This document shows, piece by piece, positions 1 to 9,219 of a stretch of DNA of 46,693 nt. Position numbers and translations under genes: made by a program. This DNA comes from Pseudomonadota bacterium. Its GTDB lineage: Bacteria; Bdellovibrionota_B; Oligoflexia; Oligoflexales; CAIMVM01. Within the stretch, counting starts at the first letter, position 1; each line of letters starts with the position of its first letter. A model generated the notes under the pieces. It saw only the letters and a list, made by a program, of their open reading frames with translations, searched no databases and was not told where the DNA came from. Location: the NCBI GenBank assembly GCA_037142195.1, contig JBAXBA010000022.1:1-46693 (forward strand), written 5' to 3'.

Positions 1-10
1 TTATTTAGCA

Positions 11-86
11 TGGTCGGGGTGATAGGACTCGAACCTACGACCTCATGCTCCCAAAGCACGCGCGCTACCAACTGCGCTACACCCCG
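11..86 (-). tRNA. tRNA-Pro (anticodon TGG)
   Basis: Reverse complement reads CGGGGTGTAGCGCAGTTGGTAGCGCGCGTGCTTTGGGAGCATGAGGTCGTAGGTTCGAGTCCTATCACCCCGACCA: cloverleaf, GTTCGA T-loop, TGG anticodon, encoded CCA. Confidence 0.97.
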
Positions 87-99
87 ACTTAGGGGGCAG

Positions 100-128
100 A
101 TGATAGATTATCAAATCTTAACTGTCAA
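100..128 (-). promoter_or_regulatory. sigma70 promoter of tRNA-Pro
   Basis: Minus strand TTGACA(128-123)-17 nt-TATCAT(105-100), followed by GC-rich discriminator CTGCCCCC. Confidence 0.85.
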
Positions 129-359
129 CTACGATGTCGAAAAGTAGAGATCACCAAGAAGAAAAAGCTTTCCAGCTACTTCTGCTGAGGCTACGGCTGA
201 GTTTTGCCTGATCCTCAAGAGTTCAACCAACTCAATGGTTTTGGATGCTTAGGAAGAATCGCAGTCATATACATCTAGCACTGTCGTTTCAGAATCTACT
301 TGTATTTAGAGGGAACGGCGAATAAGAAACATCGATTATTTTCCTGGCTTGGAGTCGGT

Positions 360-1103
360 ATGCGTTTCGAAGACATCGTTGAGACACAAGACGGAAGTTT
401 GACTATTCGTGATCCAGCCTCTGGTGAGTGCTACCATAGCACAGAAGGCGCATTGTTGGAGTCTCGCGAGCTTTATATAAATCGATCTGGCATTAAAGAA
501 AGACTTCAAGAGAGCTCTCAGATCTGCGTTCTAGATATCGGCCTGGGACTGGCCTATAACGCTCTTTCCACGATTTCAGAATGGTACGTCCATGGGGCCT
601 GTGATTTGATCATCATGAGTTTAGAAAAAGAGCCTGAACTCGTTTCGCAAATGGCGCGCGGTTTAGCCTCTTGGCAATCCAAGTGGCCTCGACTTTGGAT
701 GGAATGGAGTTTATCTCTTAAGCCCGCAACTATACCGCCTGAAACTGACTTAGACCCCTCTTACATAGCAAAGCTCATTCATCCGCAAAGCAAAAAAGTA
801 TGTGAGTGGAAAATTCTTATAGGCGATGCCGCACAATTGAATGCACTTCCGATGGCCTTTGATTTTTTTTGGCAAGATCCTTTTTCCCCAGAGAAAAACC
901 CAGAGCTTTGGAGTTCGAAGTGGTTTGCCTTGTTAATCCGACACTCTAATCCTCAGGCCGTTCTAATGTCCTATTCTGTCGCTAGAAAAACAAAAGATGC
1001 CCTCACACAAGGAGGATTTCAAGTGCAGCGCATGGAAACACCTACGCGAAAAAAACATTGGTTAAAAGCTACCGCGTTAGGCGCGAGGCAGATGAAGGCC
1101 TAG
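360..1103 (+). CDS. MnmC/MnmD-like SAM-dependent tRNA methyltransferase (methyltransferase domain only)
   Basis: TQDGSLT, YHS..GAL.ES, DIGLGLAYN, DPFSPEKNPELWS motifs; ATG at 360 follows GGAG. Confidence 0.85.
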   Translation: MRFEDIVETQDGSLTIRDPASGECYHSTEGALLESRELYINRSGIKERLQESSQICVLDIGLGLAYNALSTISEWYVHGACDLIIMSLEKEPELVSQMARGLASWQSKWPRLWMEWSLSLKPATIPPETDLDPSYIAKLIHPQSKKVCEWKILIGDAAQLNALPMAFDFFWQDPFSPEKNPELWSSKWFALLIRHSNPQAVLMSYSVARKTKDALTQGGFQVQRMETPTRKKHWLKATALGARQMKA

Positions 1104-1128
1104 GCGAAAAATCACTTTAAATTCCTGT

Positions 1129-2157
1129 CTAATACCATTTAAAGAGTCTTGAAGCCCCAGCTGCGCAGATAACTGTCATCGATAGAAGCTTTCTTGCCAT
1201 AGCCCAGGCGTCACCAAAAGACGCACCTTCCAGGGCTATCAATCTCAAAGAGTCCACAAGCATAGTCAGGGGAAAATAGTCTGAGAGATGAACCAGCCAT
1301 TCTGGGAAATTAGATCTTGAAAACCAGACACCGCCCATCAAGGCCATCGGCATTACTATTGCGTTTACGATTCCAGCATAGGCCGAAGAGTTAGAAGTTC
1401 TACTCGCAGCAACAAGGGCAAGTGAGGTAAAGGCAGCAGCACCTAGCACGGAAAAAAATATAAAGGTGAGCAGAGAACCTTGGACTTTAAAGCCAAAGAT
1501 CAGCCATCCACTTATCAAAACCACAGAAATTTCCATGGCAAGAATCAAGAGTCTTCCGACAATGTGAGAGACCATATAACTTAATGGCTTCATGGGAGTT
1601 ACAAAATAGCGCTTTAATAGGTTGTCTCGCCGATTAGCTACAATCAGTTGCCCGGTTCCAAACAAACTCGTTGAAACAATACTAAAAGCAAGGAGTCCGG
1701 GAATCAAAAAGTCTACATAACGGAGGCCTGCTGCTGATACCGGAGTATCCACCGGCATAAACTTAGGACTTTGCCCTGCAGATTTTTCGAGGGCCGCACT
1801 TACAGCCAGTCTTGCCGTGTAAGCATCGTTATTATGCGGATCATAAACAAAATAAGCTTCCTTGTCTGTAAGCCGCACAATGAGTTGGATATGTCCTCGC
1901 TTTAAATCCGTCTCCAAGGAATCTTGACTTCCATCTATAACCTTGAATTGCTCATCACCACGAAGTTCATAAAGCGAACTATTAAACTGAGAGCTTGAAT
2001 CCACGCCAATGGAAAAAGGTTTTCTGTGGGGGGAGTTAAAAATAAAGCCTAATCCAACGATCGATATAATGGGAAATAGGATTACATAATAAAAAGCAGA
2101 AGGTTCCCGTCTAAACTCCAGCCAGCGGCATTTAATCATTACAAATAGGCTATACAT
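1129..2157 (-). CDS. ABC-2 type exporter permease
   Basis: Multiple TM segments, YVDFLIPGLL; likely start ATG 2157 overlaps the ATPase stop. Confidence 0.9.
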   Translation of the reverse strand: MYSLFVMIKCRWLEFRREPSAFYYVILFPIISIVGLGFIFNSPHRKPFSIGVDSSSQFNSSLYELRGDEQFKVIDGSQDSLETDLKRGHIQLIVRLTDKEAYFVYDPHNNDAYTARLAVSAALEKSAGQSPKFMPVDTPVSAAGLRYVDFLIPGLLAFSIVSTSLFGTGQLIVANRRDNLLKRYFVTPMKPLSYMVSHIVGRLLILAMEISVVLISGWLIFGFKVQGSLLTFIFFSVLGAAAFTSLALVAASRTSNSSAYAGIVNAIVMPMALMGGVWFSRSNFPEWLVHLSDYFPLTMLVDSLRLIALEGASFGDAWAMARKLLSMTVICAAGASRLFKWY

Positions 2158-2899
2158 TTTCCAACTCTTTTCCCGTAAGATTAAGGAAGACATCTTCCAA
2201 AGTTCCATGTCTAACGGTTACTTTTTCTCCGCCAGAAAACTTCTCAATAAGTTCTTTTGAAGTGCCCTGAGCAATGATTTTGCCGCTGTCTAGAATCACA
2301 ATACGGCTTGCAAGATGCTCTGCCTCTTCCATATGATGGGTCGACAATAAAATCCCAGCCCCTTCTTTTTTCAAGTTTTCAATGATGTTCCAAACCCCTC
2401 GGCGTGCCAATGGGTCTAAACCGGTAGTAGGTTCATCTAAAAAAATAAGCTCGGGATCATTGATTAGGGCCGCGGCAATATAGACGCGCTGCTTTTGGCC
2501 GCCGGACAATTTCCTAAGTTCTACGTCCATTTTGTCACTAAGCTCGACCAACTCTAAGAGTTCATTAATCGGCTTTCTTTGTTTATAAAAGCTACCAAAC
2601 AGCTCTAAGGTCTCTCGCACTGTAAATCGTTTATAGAGGCTGGTTTCCTGAAGCTGAACTCCAATTCTTGAAAGAATCTCAGAGCGATCCCGATCCCAAG
2701 TTTTTCCAAATAATAGAATCTCACCTGAATCAGGCCTAAGAAGCCCTTCCAGCATTTCAAATGTAGTGGTTTTTCCTGCGCCATTGGGACCTAAAATGGC
2801 CAGGCACTCACCTTGCTTAACATGTAAGCTCAAATCTTTTACGGCTTCAAAAGATTGAAACGACTTTGACAGATTTTTGACCTCTATGAGGTAAGTCAT
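2150..2899 (-). CDS. ABC exporter ATP-binding protein
   Basis: GPNGAGKTT, LSGGQ, FLDEPTTGLD; ATG 2899 follows GGGAG. Confidence 0.95.
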   Translation of the reverse strand: MTYLIEVKNLSKSFQSFEAVKDLSLHVKQGECLAILGPNGAGKTTTFEMLEGLLRPDSGEILLFGKTWDRDRSEILSRIGVQLQETSLYKRFTVRETLELFGSFYKQRKPINELLELVELSDKMDVELRKLSGGQKQRVYIAAALINDPELIFLDEPTTGLDPLARRGVWNIIENLKKEGAGILLSTHHMEEAEHLASRIVILDSGKIIAQGTSKELIEKFSGGEKVTVRHGTLEDVFLNLTGKELENV

Positions 2900-3030
2900 A
2901 AGCACTCCCATAAGGCGAAGGACTATAAAACGGCTTGATTCAATCTCAAACCTGCCATTTGATGAAATAAATTTGTTTCAACGAAGGAGAGATCTGCTAA
3001 ACTCGGCAGATAAGTAATGAGGAGACTTCT

Positions 3031-4371
3031 ATGCAAACTTTTGATGTAGTCATCGCAGGCGGCGGCATGTCGGGAGTCTTGGCGGCAGTCCAGCTCATCA
3101 ACTCCAAGCAGAACTTGAAGATCCATGTCTTAGAAGCAGAAAAGACTTGCGGCGGGCGCCTAAGATCAAGCCGGCGTGATCACAATCGGTGGGGATTCGG
3201 ACTTAACTCCCTATCGCCTGATCTATGTGACTTTTTGACGACATCTGTGAGTAAAATTTATCCTGAATGGTCCATGCAAGATTATCTTGTGGAAAGACAT
3301 AATCAAGCCGGCTATTGCTCGGGCGGTAAAGTGAGCCGTTTTGAGCTTTCCGATATGTTCCGTGTTAGCGGCGTCAAAGCCATGGGCGGAAGAAATGCCG
3401 GAAAAGAGTGGGAAGATACCGAGCCCCTTTTATTTGCAGATTCTAAAAAAGATCCCTTTGAGTCCGTTTCCAAAGCACTTGATTTGAAACGTTCAGGGGC
3501 TAGCGGAACGATTTTAACTGAAATCGCTAAAGCCTCTGGTATCCCAGACGTTTGGAATGCTCCCCTAGAGCTCTTGAGGAATAAAGCTTCTAATCCATGC
3601 CGAACTTACGGTTATTTTGATGATTTGCTCGAGGACACCATGGATCTTCTGGCTAATGATCAATGGATTTCTTTGGCCCGCCACTGTCGATTGGTCGATC
3701 TTAAAAAAGAAGGTGATTTATGGATCCTTCAGACCGAACAGGGCCCCATTGCGACCAAAGAAGTCGTGATTGCCCACAATCCTTGGGCTGCGACATCCAC
3801 GATTGCTAGAGACATCACACCAGTTGCTGTTTCTAATATTGCCTTAAAAGCAAAGCCTGTGAGTATAGTGGCTCTATCGACCCAAATCATTGGTGGAACT
3901 CTTGACTTAGACTTTATCATGATCGCTTCCGAAGAAGCTCGAGCCATTAAACATGGCGACGTTTTAACCTTACAAGCCACCATCGATTACGAAATGAGCC
4001 TTGACGCACCTGAGGTTGTTAAGGCCGTAAAAAGACTCAAGCGTGCTGCTAAAAAGCTTGCGCAATATTTTGAGGGACTTGAGTTGGCAGGGGAATTTAT
4101 CGGTCTTATACCAGAAGCTTGGACTCAGCCCACGAATACCTCAGATCATAAATTCATCCAAAGAATGAAAAACGGTCACGGATCTGGATTGTCTTTTGTG
4201 GGAGATGCTTATGGCACCTCCTACGATGGCGATTTGAATATTATCAGCTCCGTCGAGCAACTTTCTGAGTACATAAAAGTGGGGCCGATAGATACAAAAA
4301 CCTCTTCCCTTCATTTTGTGCCTAACACTGCTTTAGAAGTCGCCAACAGACCGGCTCCAGAATTGGAATAG
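3031..4371 (+). CDS. FAD-dependent oxidoreductase, substrate unknown
   Basis: N-terminal GGGMSG...E...GGR dinucleotide-binding motif, C-terminal FVGD; GAGGAG RBS. Confidence 0.75.
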   Translation: MQTFDVVIAGGGMSGVLAAVQLINSKQNLKIHVLEAEKTCGGRLRSSRRDHNRWGFGLNSLSPDLCDFLTTSVSKIYPEWSMQDYLVERHNQAGYCSGGKVSRFELSDMFRVSGVKAMGGRNAGKEWEDTEPLLFADSKKDPFESVSKALDLKRSGASGTILTEIAKASGIPDVWNAPLELLRNKASNPCRTYGYFDDLLEDTMDLLANDQWISLARHCRLVDLKKEGDLWILQTEQGPIATKEVVIAHNPWAATSTIARDITPVAVSNIALKAKPVSIVALSTQIIGGTLDLDFIMIASEEARAIKHGDVLTLQATIDYEMSLDAPEVVKAVKRLKRAAKKLAQYFEGLELAGEFIGLIPEAWTQPTNTSDHKFIQRMKNGHGSGLSFVGDAYGTSYDGDLNIISSVEQLSEYIKVGPIDTKTSSLHFVPNTALEVANRPAPELE

Positions 4372-4555
4372 ATTCGCCGTGCATTTCCTTCCATGAAGAT
4401 AGAAATCCATGCTAAAAACCTTTGATTTGCCATGGAAAATCTCGAGAATTCATGACACATTCTCACCCATGGAAGAGCTCGAAGGAAAATTTAGGCCCAT
4501 TCCCATCATAGAAATGGCTTTAAAATAGAAATAAATTTATCCCCAAAGGACATTT

Positions 4556-5398
4556 ATGATCATAAATGGCACGGAATCCGCAAAAAAAATAAAAGACCAT
4601 TTAAAAACGACAGTACATGAGCATCTAAAAAACGGGCACCGAGCACCCTGCCTAGCGGTGGTTTTAGTAGGAGAAGATCCGGCTAGCAAAGTCTACGTGG
4701 GCCATAAAGAAAAAGCCTGTTTGGAAGCCGGCATCACCAGCAAAGCATACAAATTGCCTGAGTCCTCCTCCGAATCAGACATCATAGCTTTAGTTGCCAA
4801 TCTTAATGCCGACCAAGGTGTTGACGGCATTTTAGTTCAACTCCCCCTTCCCAAACACATCTCTTCGGAAGCTGTCATTGATGCCATTCATCCGAGCAAA
4901 GATGTAGATGGTCTTACCGCATTTAATCAAGGCTGCCTTTCTCTTGGAAGAAAGGCCCTTAGACCCTGCACGCCAGCCGGCTGCATGGAGCTGATTAAAT
5001 CCCAACTTCCCTCGTTGCGCGGCAAAACCGCTGTAGTGGTGGGACGGTCCATCCTAGTTGGATCTCCGATAGCAAAAATGCTCCTTTTAGAAGATGCCAC
5101 TGTCATCCAAGTACATTCTAAAACTCCTAATCCTGAAAACTTTACTCGAATGGCAGACATTTTGATTGTCGCCGCAGGAAAAAGACATTTAGTAAATGCG
5201 TCATGGATTAAAAAGGATGCCCTTGTCATCGATGTTGGCATTCATCGAGGAAGTGACGGCAAGCTAACTGGCGATGTAGATTTTGAATCAGCAGTAAGCG
5301 TCGCTTCAGCCATAACTCCGGTTCCCGGAGGAGTTGGTCCCATGACTATTGCCATGCTTTTAAAGAATTGCCTGGAAGCCTACGAAGCGAGAGTTTAA
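4556..5398 (+). CDS. folD: Methylene-THF dehydrogenase/cyclohydrolase
   Basis: GILVQLPLP, KDVDG, PCTP, ITPVPGGVGPMT. Confidence 0.98.
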   Translation: MIINGTESAKKIKDHLKTTVHEHLKNGHRAPCLAVVLVGEDPASKVYVGHKEKACLEAGITSKAYKLPESSSESDIIALVANLNADQGVDGILVQLPLPKHISSEAVIDAIHPSKDVDGLTAFNQGCLSLGRKALRPCTPAGCMELIKSQLPSLRGKTAVVVGRSILVGSPIAKMLLLEDATVIQVHSKTPNPENFTRMADILIVAAGKRHLVNASWIKKDALVIDVGIHRGSDGKLTGDVDFESAVSVASAITPVPGGVGPMTIAMLLKNCLEAYEARV

Positions 5399-5519
5399 GA
5401 AGCTTCCTTTTAGGTTTTTGCAAATTTTATGTGTTCAAAGAATGAAACAGAAAATAAAAAGGAACGATCCGCCTTCGACCTAAAGGGACACGAAACATGA
5501 ACTTAAGTATTCCTGAGAA

Positions 5520-6017
5520 CTAAGTTTTTGAAGTTTCCACAGGGGGCGGAACTTTTTTTGTTTTTCTAGGGTCTTTAAAAGCAGTTAGCACTTCAAGAAA
5601 CTCCTTCGGATCCGAAAAATCCCTATAAACGGAAGCAAAACGAATGTACGCAACATGATCTAACGTTTCTAGGCCCTCTAAAATCATTTGCCCTAACGCT
5701 TTAGATTCCACGACCTTAACGCCTTGATCTTCGAGCGTACGTTCGATCGAGGTCAACATACTTTCTAGTTTTTCAATAGAAACAGGTCGTTTCTGACAGG
5801 CAATTTGCACAGAACGAATGGCTTTCACGCGATGGTAAGGCTCAATTTGACCACTACGCTTTCTCACTTGAAGCACAAATTCTTCTAAATTTTCATAGGT
5901 TGTAAATCGATAGTCACACTCGCGGCATTCCCGCCTACGGCGAATGCTTTGCCCATCCTGAGCCACTCGACTCTCAAGGACTTTGGTGTCTTCATATTTA
6001 CATTTTGGACAACGCAA
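5520..6017 (-). CDS. nrdR: Transcriptional repressor NrdR
   Basis: CPKC...RRRRECREC..RFTTYE, AYIRFASVY; TTG start 1 nt after the glyA stop. Confidence 0.97.
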   Translation of the reverse strand: MRCPKCKYEDTKVLESRVAQDGQSIRRRRECRECDYRFTTYENLEEFVLQVRKRSGQIEPYHRVKAIRSVQIACQKRPVSIEKLESMLTSIERTLEDQGVKVVESKALGQMILEGLETLDHVAYIRFASVYRDFSDPKEFLEVLTAFKDPRKTKKVPPPVETSKT

Positions 6018-6018
6018 G

Positions 6019-7308
6019 TTACCCCTCCCAAGCTGGGTAAAGAGGATACTTGTTGGCCAGCAATTTCACTCTGGTTTTGAGGGGCGCTAATGCAGTCGAG
6101 CGATCAGAAATAGGCATTTCCGGAAATTGATCCAGGCTTGTAAAGACCTCTTTAATTATACGGGCAATTTCTCGCATATTTTCAGCATTAAATCCGCGAG
6201 TGGTTAGGGCGGGAGTTCCAAAACGCACCCCTGAAGTCACAAAGGGACTTCTTGTTTCATTGGGTACTGTATTCTTATTGACGGTAATCTCAACAGCACC
6301 GAGGGCCTCTTCTAGAGCTTTGCCGCTCACGGGAGTATTGGATAAGTCTAAAAGCACGAGATGGTTATCCGTGCCTCCAGAAACCAATTTAAATCCAAGG
6401 GACATGAGTTCCGAAGCAAAGCTTTGTGCATTTAAAATCACTTCTTTTTGATAAGCTTTAAAACTTGGTAAAAGGGCTTCTTTGAAGCAAACCGCTTTGG
6501 CCGCAATTACATGCATTAAAGGACCACCTTGAGTCCCTGGAAACACACCTTTATTAAGTGCGGCCGTATGGGCTTCATTGTTCCATAAAATAAGGCCACC
6601 ACGAGGGCCACGTAGGGTTTTATGAGTCGTGGTGGTAACCACATCCGCATAAGGAACAGGATTGGGATGTAAATCTGCCGCAACCAATCCTGCGATATGG
6701 GCCATATCCACCATAAGAAGGGCTCCGACTTCGTCAGCAATCCTTCTGAAGGAAGCAAAATCTAGCTGCCTAGCATAGGCACTAGCTCCAGCTATAATCA
6801 TCTTGGGCTTAATTTCTAAAGCTTTAGCTCGAACAGCATCCATATTGATGCGCTGAGATTCAGGATCTAATCCATAAAAATGGGATTCATAGTTGGCGCC
6901 AGAAAAATTTACTTTTGATCCATGAGTTAAATGCCCACCATGGGACAAATCGAGACCTAAAATACGATCTCCTGGCTTTAAAAAGGCTTGAAAAACAGCT
7001 TGATTGGCAGAGGCACCTGAGTGGGGCTGAACGTTAGCAAACTTCGCCCCAAACACTTGACATGCGCGCTCAATGGCTATTTTTTCGATTTTATCTACTT
7101 CCGAACATCCACCATAATATCTTTTTGCAGGAAGTCCTTCAGCATACTTATTTGTACAAATATTTCCCATGGCTGCAATCACTGCCATCGATGCAAAATT
7201 CTCAGAAGCGATCATCTCGAGTCCCTCTTTTTGGCGCTTCAACTCTGATTCGATGAGATTAAATATTTCAGAATCTGCTTCTTTAACTTGCTGCCACGGC
7301 TTTTGCAT
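6019..7308 (-). CDS. glyA: Serine hydroxymethyltransferase
   Basis: [28 protein letters not shown] 7308 follows GGGAG. Confidence 0.98.
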   Translation of the reverse strand: MQKPWQQVKEADSEIFNLIESELKRQKEGLEMIASENFASMAVIAAMGNICTNKYAEGLPAKRYYGGCSEVDKIEKIAIERACQVFGAKFANVQPHSGASANQAVFQAFLKPGDRILGLDLSHGGHLTHGSKVNFSGANYESHFYGLDPESQRINMDAVRAKALEIKPKMIIAGASAYARQLDFASFRRIADEVGALLMVDMAHIAGLVAADLHPNPVPYADVVTTTTHKTLRGPRGGLILWNNEAHTAALNKGVFPGTQGGPLMHVIAAKAVCFKEALLPSFKAYQKEVILNAQSFASELMSLGFKLVSGGTDNHLVLLDLSNTPVSGKALEEALGAVEITVNKNTVPNETRSPFVTSGVRFGTPALTTRGFNAENMREIARIIKEVFTSLDQFPEMPISDRSTALAPLKTRVKLLANKYPLYPAWEG

Positions 7309-7361
7309 TTCAACTCCCAGGAAGGACTGCACGTTATAAATGAATTTTAGGTTGTTTTTAT

Positions 7362-7391
7362 AAAAAAAAGCCGCACTGACTAATGCGGCTT
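7362..7391 (-). terminator. Intrinsic terminator overlapping the rpiB stop
   Basis: Minus strand AAGCCGCA-TTAGTCAG-TGCGGCTT running into a T8 tract. Confidence 0.75.
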
Positions 7392-7850
7392 AAAGTTCTT
7401 TTTTTCAATTTCCCGGATTTTATCAAGACGATTTTGATGTCTTTCACCTAAGAATCTGGTTTCAAGCCAGATCTTTACCAAATCAATGGCTCGATGGTGA
7501 TTTAATGTTCTTGCGCCTAAGCACAGTATATTGGAATTATTATGCTCTCGAGACATCCTAGCAGAATAATCATCCCACACAACTGTGGCACGAACCCCAG
7601 GAAACTTATTGCAGGCAATGGACATTCCTATCCCTGTGCCGCAAACGGCAATACCAGCTTCAAGCTTTCCGTCGGAAACCTCTCGAGCTACTGCCGCCGC
7701 ATAATCAGGATAATCAACCGACTTATTGGTATCGGAACCGATACCAAAATCAACCACCCGAATATCATGGAGCTTCACATAATCCACTATAAGAGCCTTA
7801 AGATCTCTAGCAGCATGATCTGAAGCAATGCCAATGGATTTAAAGTTCAT
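7380..7850 (-). CDS. rpiB: Ribose-5-phosphate isomerase B
   Basis: [30 protein letters not shown]; likely start ATG 7850. Confidence 0.96.
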   Translation of the reverse strand: MNFKSIGIASDHAARDLKALIVDYVKLHDIRVVDFGIGSDTNKSVDYPDYAAAVAREVSDGKLEAGIAVCGTGIGMSIACNKFPGVRATVVWDDYSARMSREHNNSNILCLGARTLNHHRAIDLVKIWLETRFLGERHQNRLDKIREIEKKNFKPH

Positions 7851-7996
7851 AAGTCTCTCAATAAAGAGCGTTTCATCATTCAAATTAAAGTTTTTTTTGG
7901 CGTGTATGAGCCGTGAGCCAAATCGAGGCTCATTACACCAGACAATTCCCTTAGGGGCCTCGCCGCTAAAAACTAAATTCAAAAAACAGGTCTAAA

Positions 7997-8239
7997 CTAG
8001 GCCTGCTCAGCTTTACGCACGAAATTCACTGCATCTTCAACTGTACGAATCGTTTCTGCTTCATCGTCTGGAATATCTACGCCAAAAGCGTCTTCAATCG
8101 CCATTACCAATTCCACGATATCAAGAGAGTCTGCACCTAAATCTTCGATAAATTTAGCTTTAGATACAACCGCACCTTCTTCAACGCCAAGCTGGTTTAC
8201 GATAAGTGACTTTACGCGATCTTCAACAGTAGCAGTCAT
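7997..8239 (-). CDS. acpP: Acyl carrier protein
   Basis: [14 protein letters not shown] motif; GGAGGAG RBS. Confidence 0.98.
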   Translation of the reverse strand: MTATVEDRVKSLIVNQLGVEEGAVVSKAKFIEDLGADSLDIVELVMAIEDAFGVDIPDDEAETIRTVEDAVNFVRKAEQA

Positions 8240-8388
8240 GGCTCCTCCAAAAAAAATATAGCCGGGTACACCTAATCAGATAATCGCTGTTTTGGCAAGA
8301 CCTTTCGTATCTTTCTATGGCGGATTTGGGGGAAATATGTAATAAAATTAGAAGACTAGTCGTCGAACACTCTCATCTGGAAGGATAC

Positions 8389-9216
8389 ATGGAGACCTTG
8401 GAATCTCTAAAAAAGGCCGAATTAATCTTTATTTCTGATGTCCACATGGCGTCAGGGAAAGATACCCGCGGTCAACTTTTAAGTGAGCTTCTTGAGTCTT
8501 TAGCTCAACTTGAAGTTGAATCCATAGTCCTTGGCGGTGATATTTTTGAATTTTGCTTTGGCAGAAAAGATTTTTATAGGAAAAAGTTTTCCATACTCAA
8601 TAAACCTCTAGAGAATCTGCACGCGGCCCAATCATCTGTTCATTTTATTCATGGAAATCATGAATTCTTTGTGGACTACCTGAACTGGCCCCATGTGCGT
8701 ATGGTGCGAGAGAAAGACATTCATCTCACTATTAACAGCGGGCGAACGAAAGTGGTTATTGCACACGGAGACCTCATCAATCCTCCAAAAACGTATTTAA
8801 AATATATTTCGTTAGTGAAATCGCGCTTTTTTTATAGGGTTCTCTGCCTCATTCCGGCTCGATTTATTGACTTTGTCGCCCTAAAATTTGCGACTAAGTC
8901 TCGCTCCATGGATGCTGAACGCGAGCTGAATCACCAAAAAATCGTTGACGACGGCTTCCGATGGGTCAAACAGCACCAGGCTTCCGTGGGCATTTTCGGC
9001 CATTTTCACTACCCTTATGAGTCTCAAAAAAACGGCGTTTCAGTACTTTGTGGCTGGAGTTGGAAGCATCCTAATTTTATAGCCTATGTAAATGGGGCAT
9101 GGATGCGAGGGGTATGGAGAAGCTCAAAATGGGAGATCCATCCCATTACTTTTGAGCCCCATATGGGACCTCGCGGTGATGCCAGCCTCTGGTCGCAGGT
9201 CATTCCTGGCGGATAA
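8389..9216 (+). CDS. Calcineurin-like metallophosphoesterase, UDP-2,3-diacylglucosamine hydrolase (LpxH-like)
   Basis: ISDVH, GDIFE, GNHE, AHGD, GHFH motifs; ATG 8389 follows AAGGA. Confidence 0.8.
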   Translation: METLESLKKAELIFISDVHMASGKDTRGQLLSELLESLAQLEVESIVLGGDIFEFCFGRKDFYRKKFSILNKPLENLHAAQSSVHFIHGNHEFFVDYLNWPHVRMVREKDIHLTINSGRTKVVIAHGDLINPPKTYLKYISLVKSRFFYRVLCLIPARFIDFVALKFATKSRSMDAERELNHQKIVDDGFRWVKQHQASVGIFGHFHYPYESQKNGVSVLCGWSWKHPNFIAYVNGAWMRGVWRSSKWEIHPITFEPHMGPRGDASLWSQVIPGG

Positions 9217-9219
9217 TAT

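Noticed and set aside
1..300. tRNA-Pro as an integration site for an island
   Set aside because: No integrase, duplicated tRNA end or compositional shift in the window; the tRNA 3' flank lies mostly outside it
4372..4555. ZTP or THF riboswitch before folD
   Set aside because: Expected conserved motifs were not recognised
7851..7982. N-terminal extension of RpiB
   Set aside because: Family similarity starts at MNFKSIG; the upstream part looks like intergenic sequence
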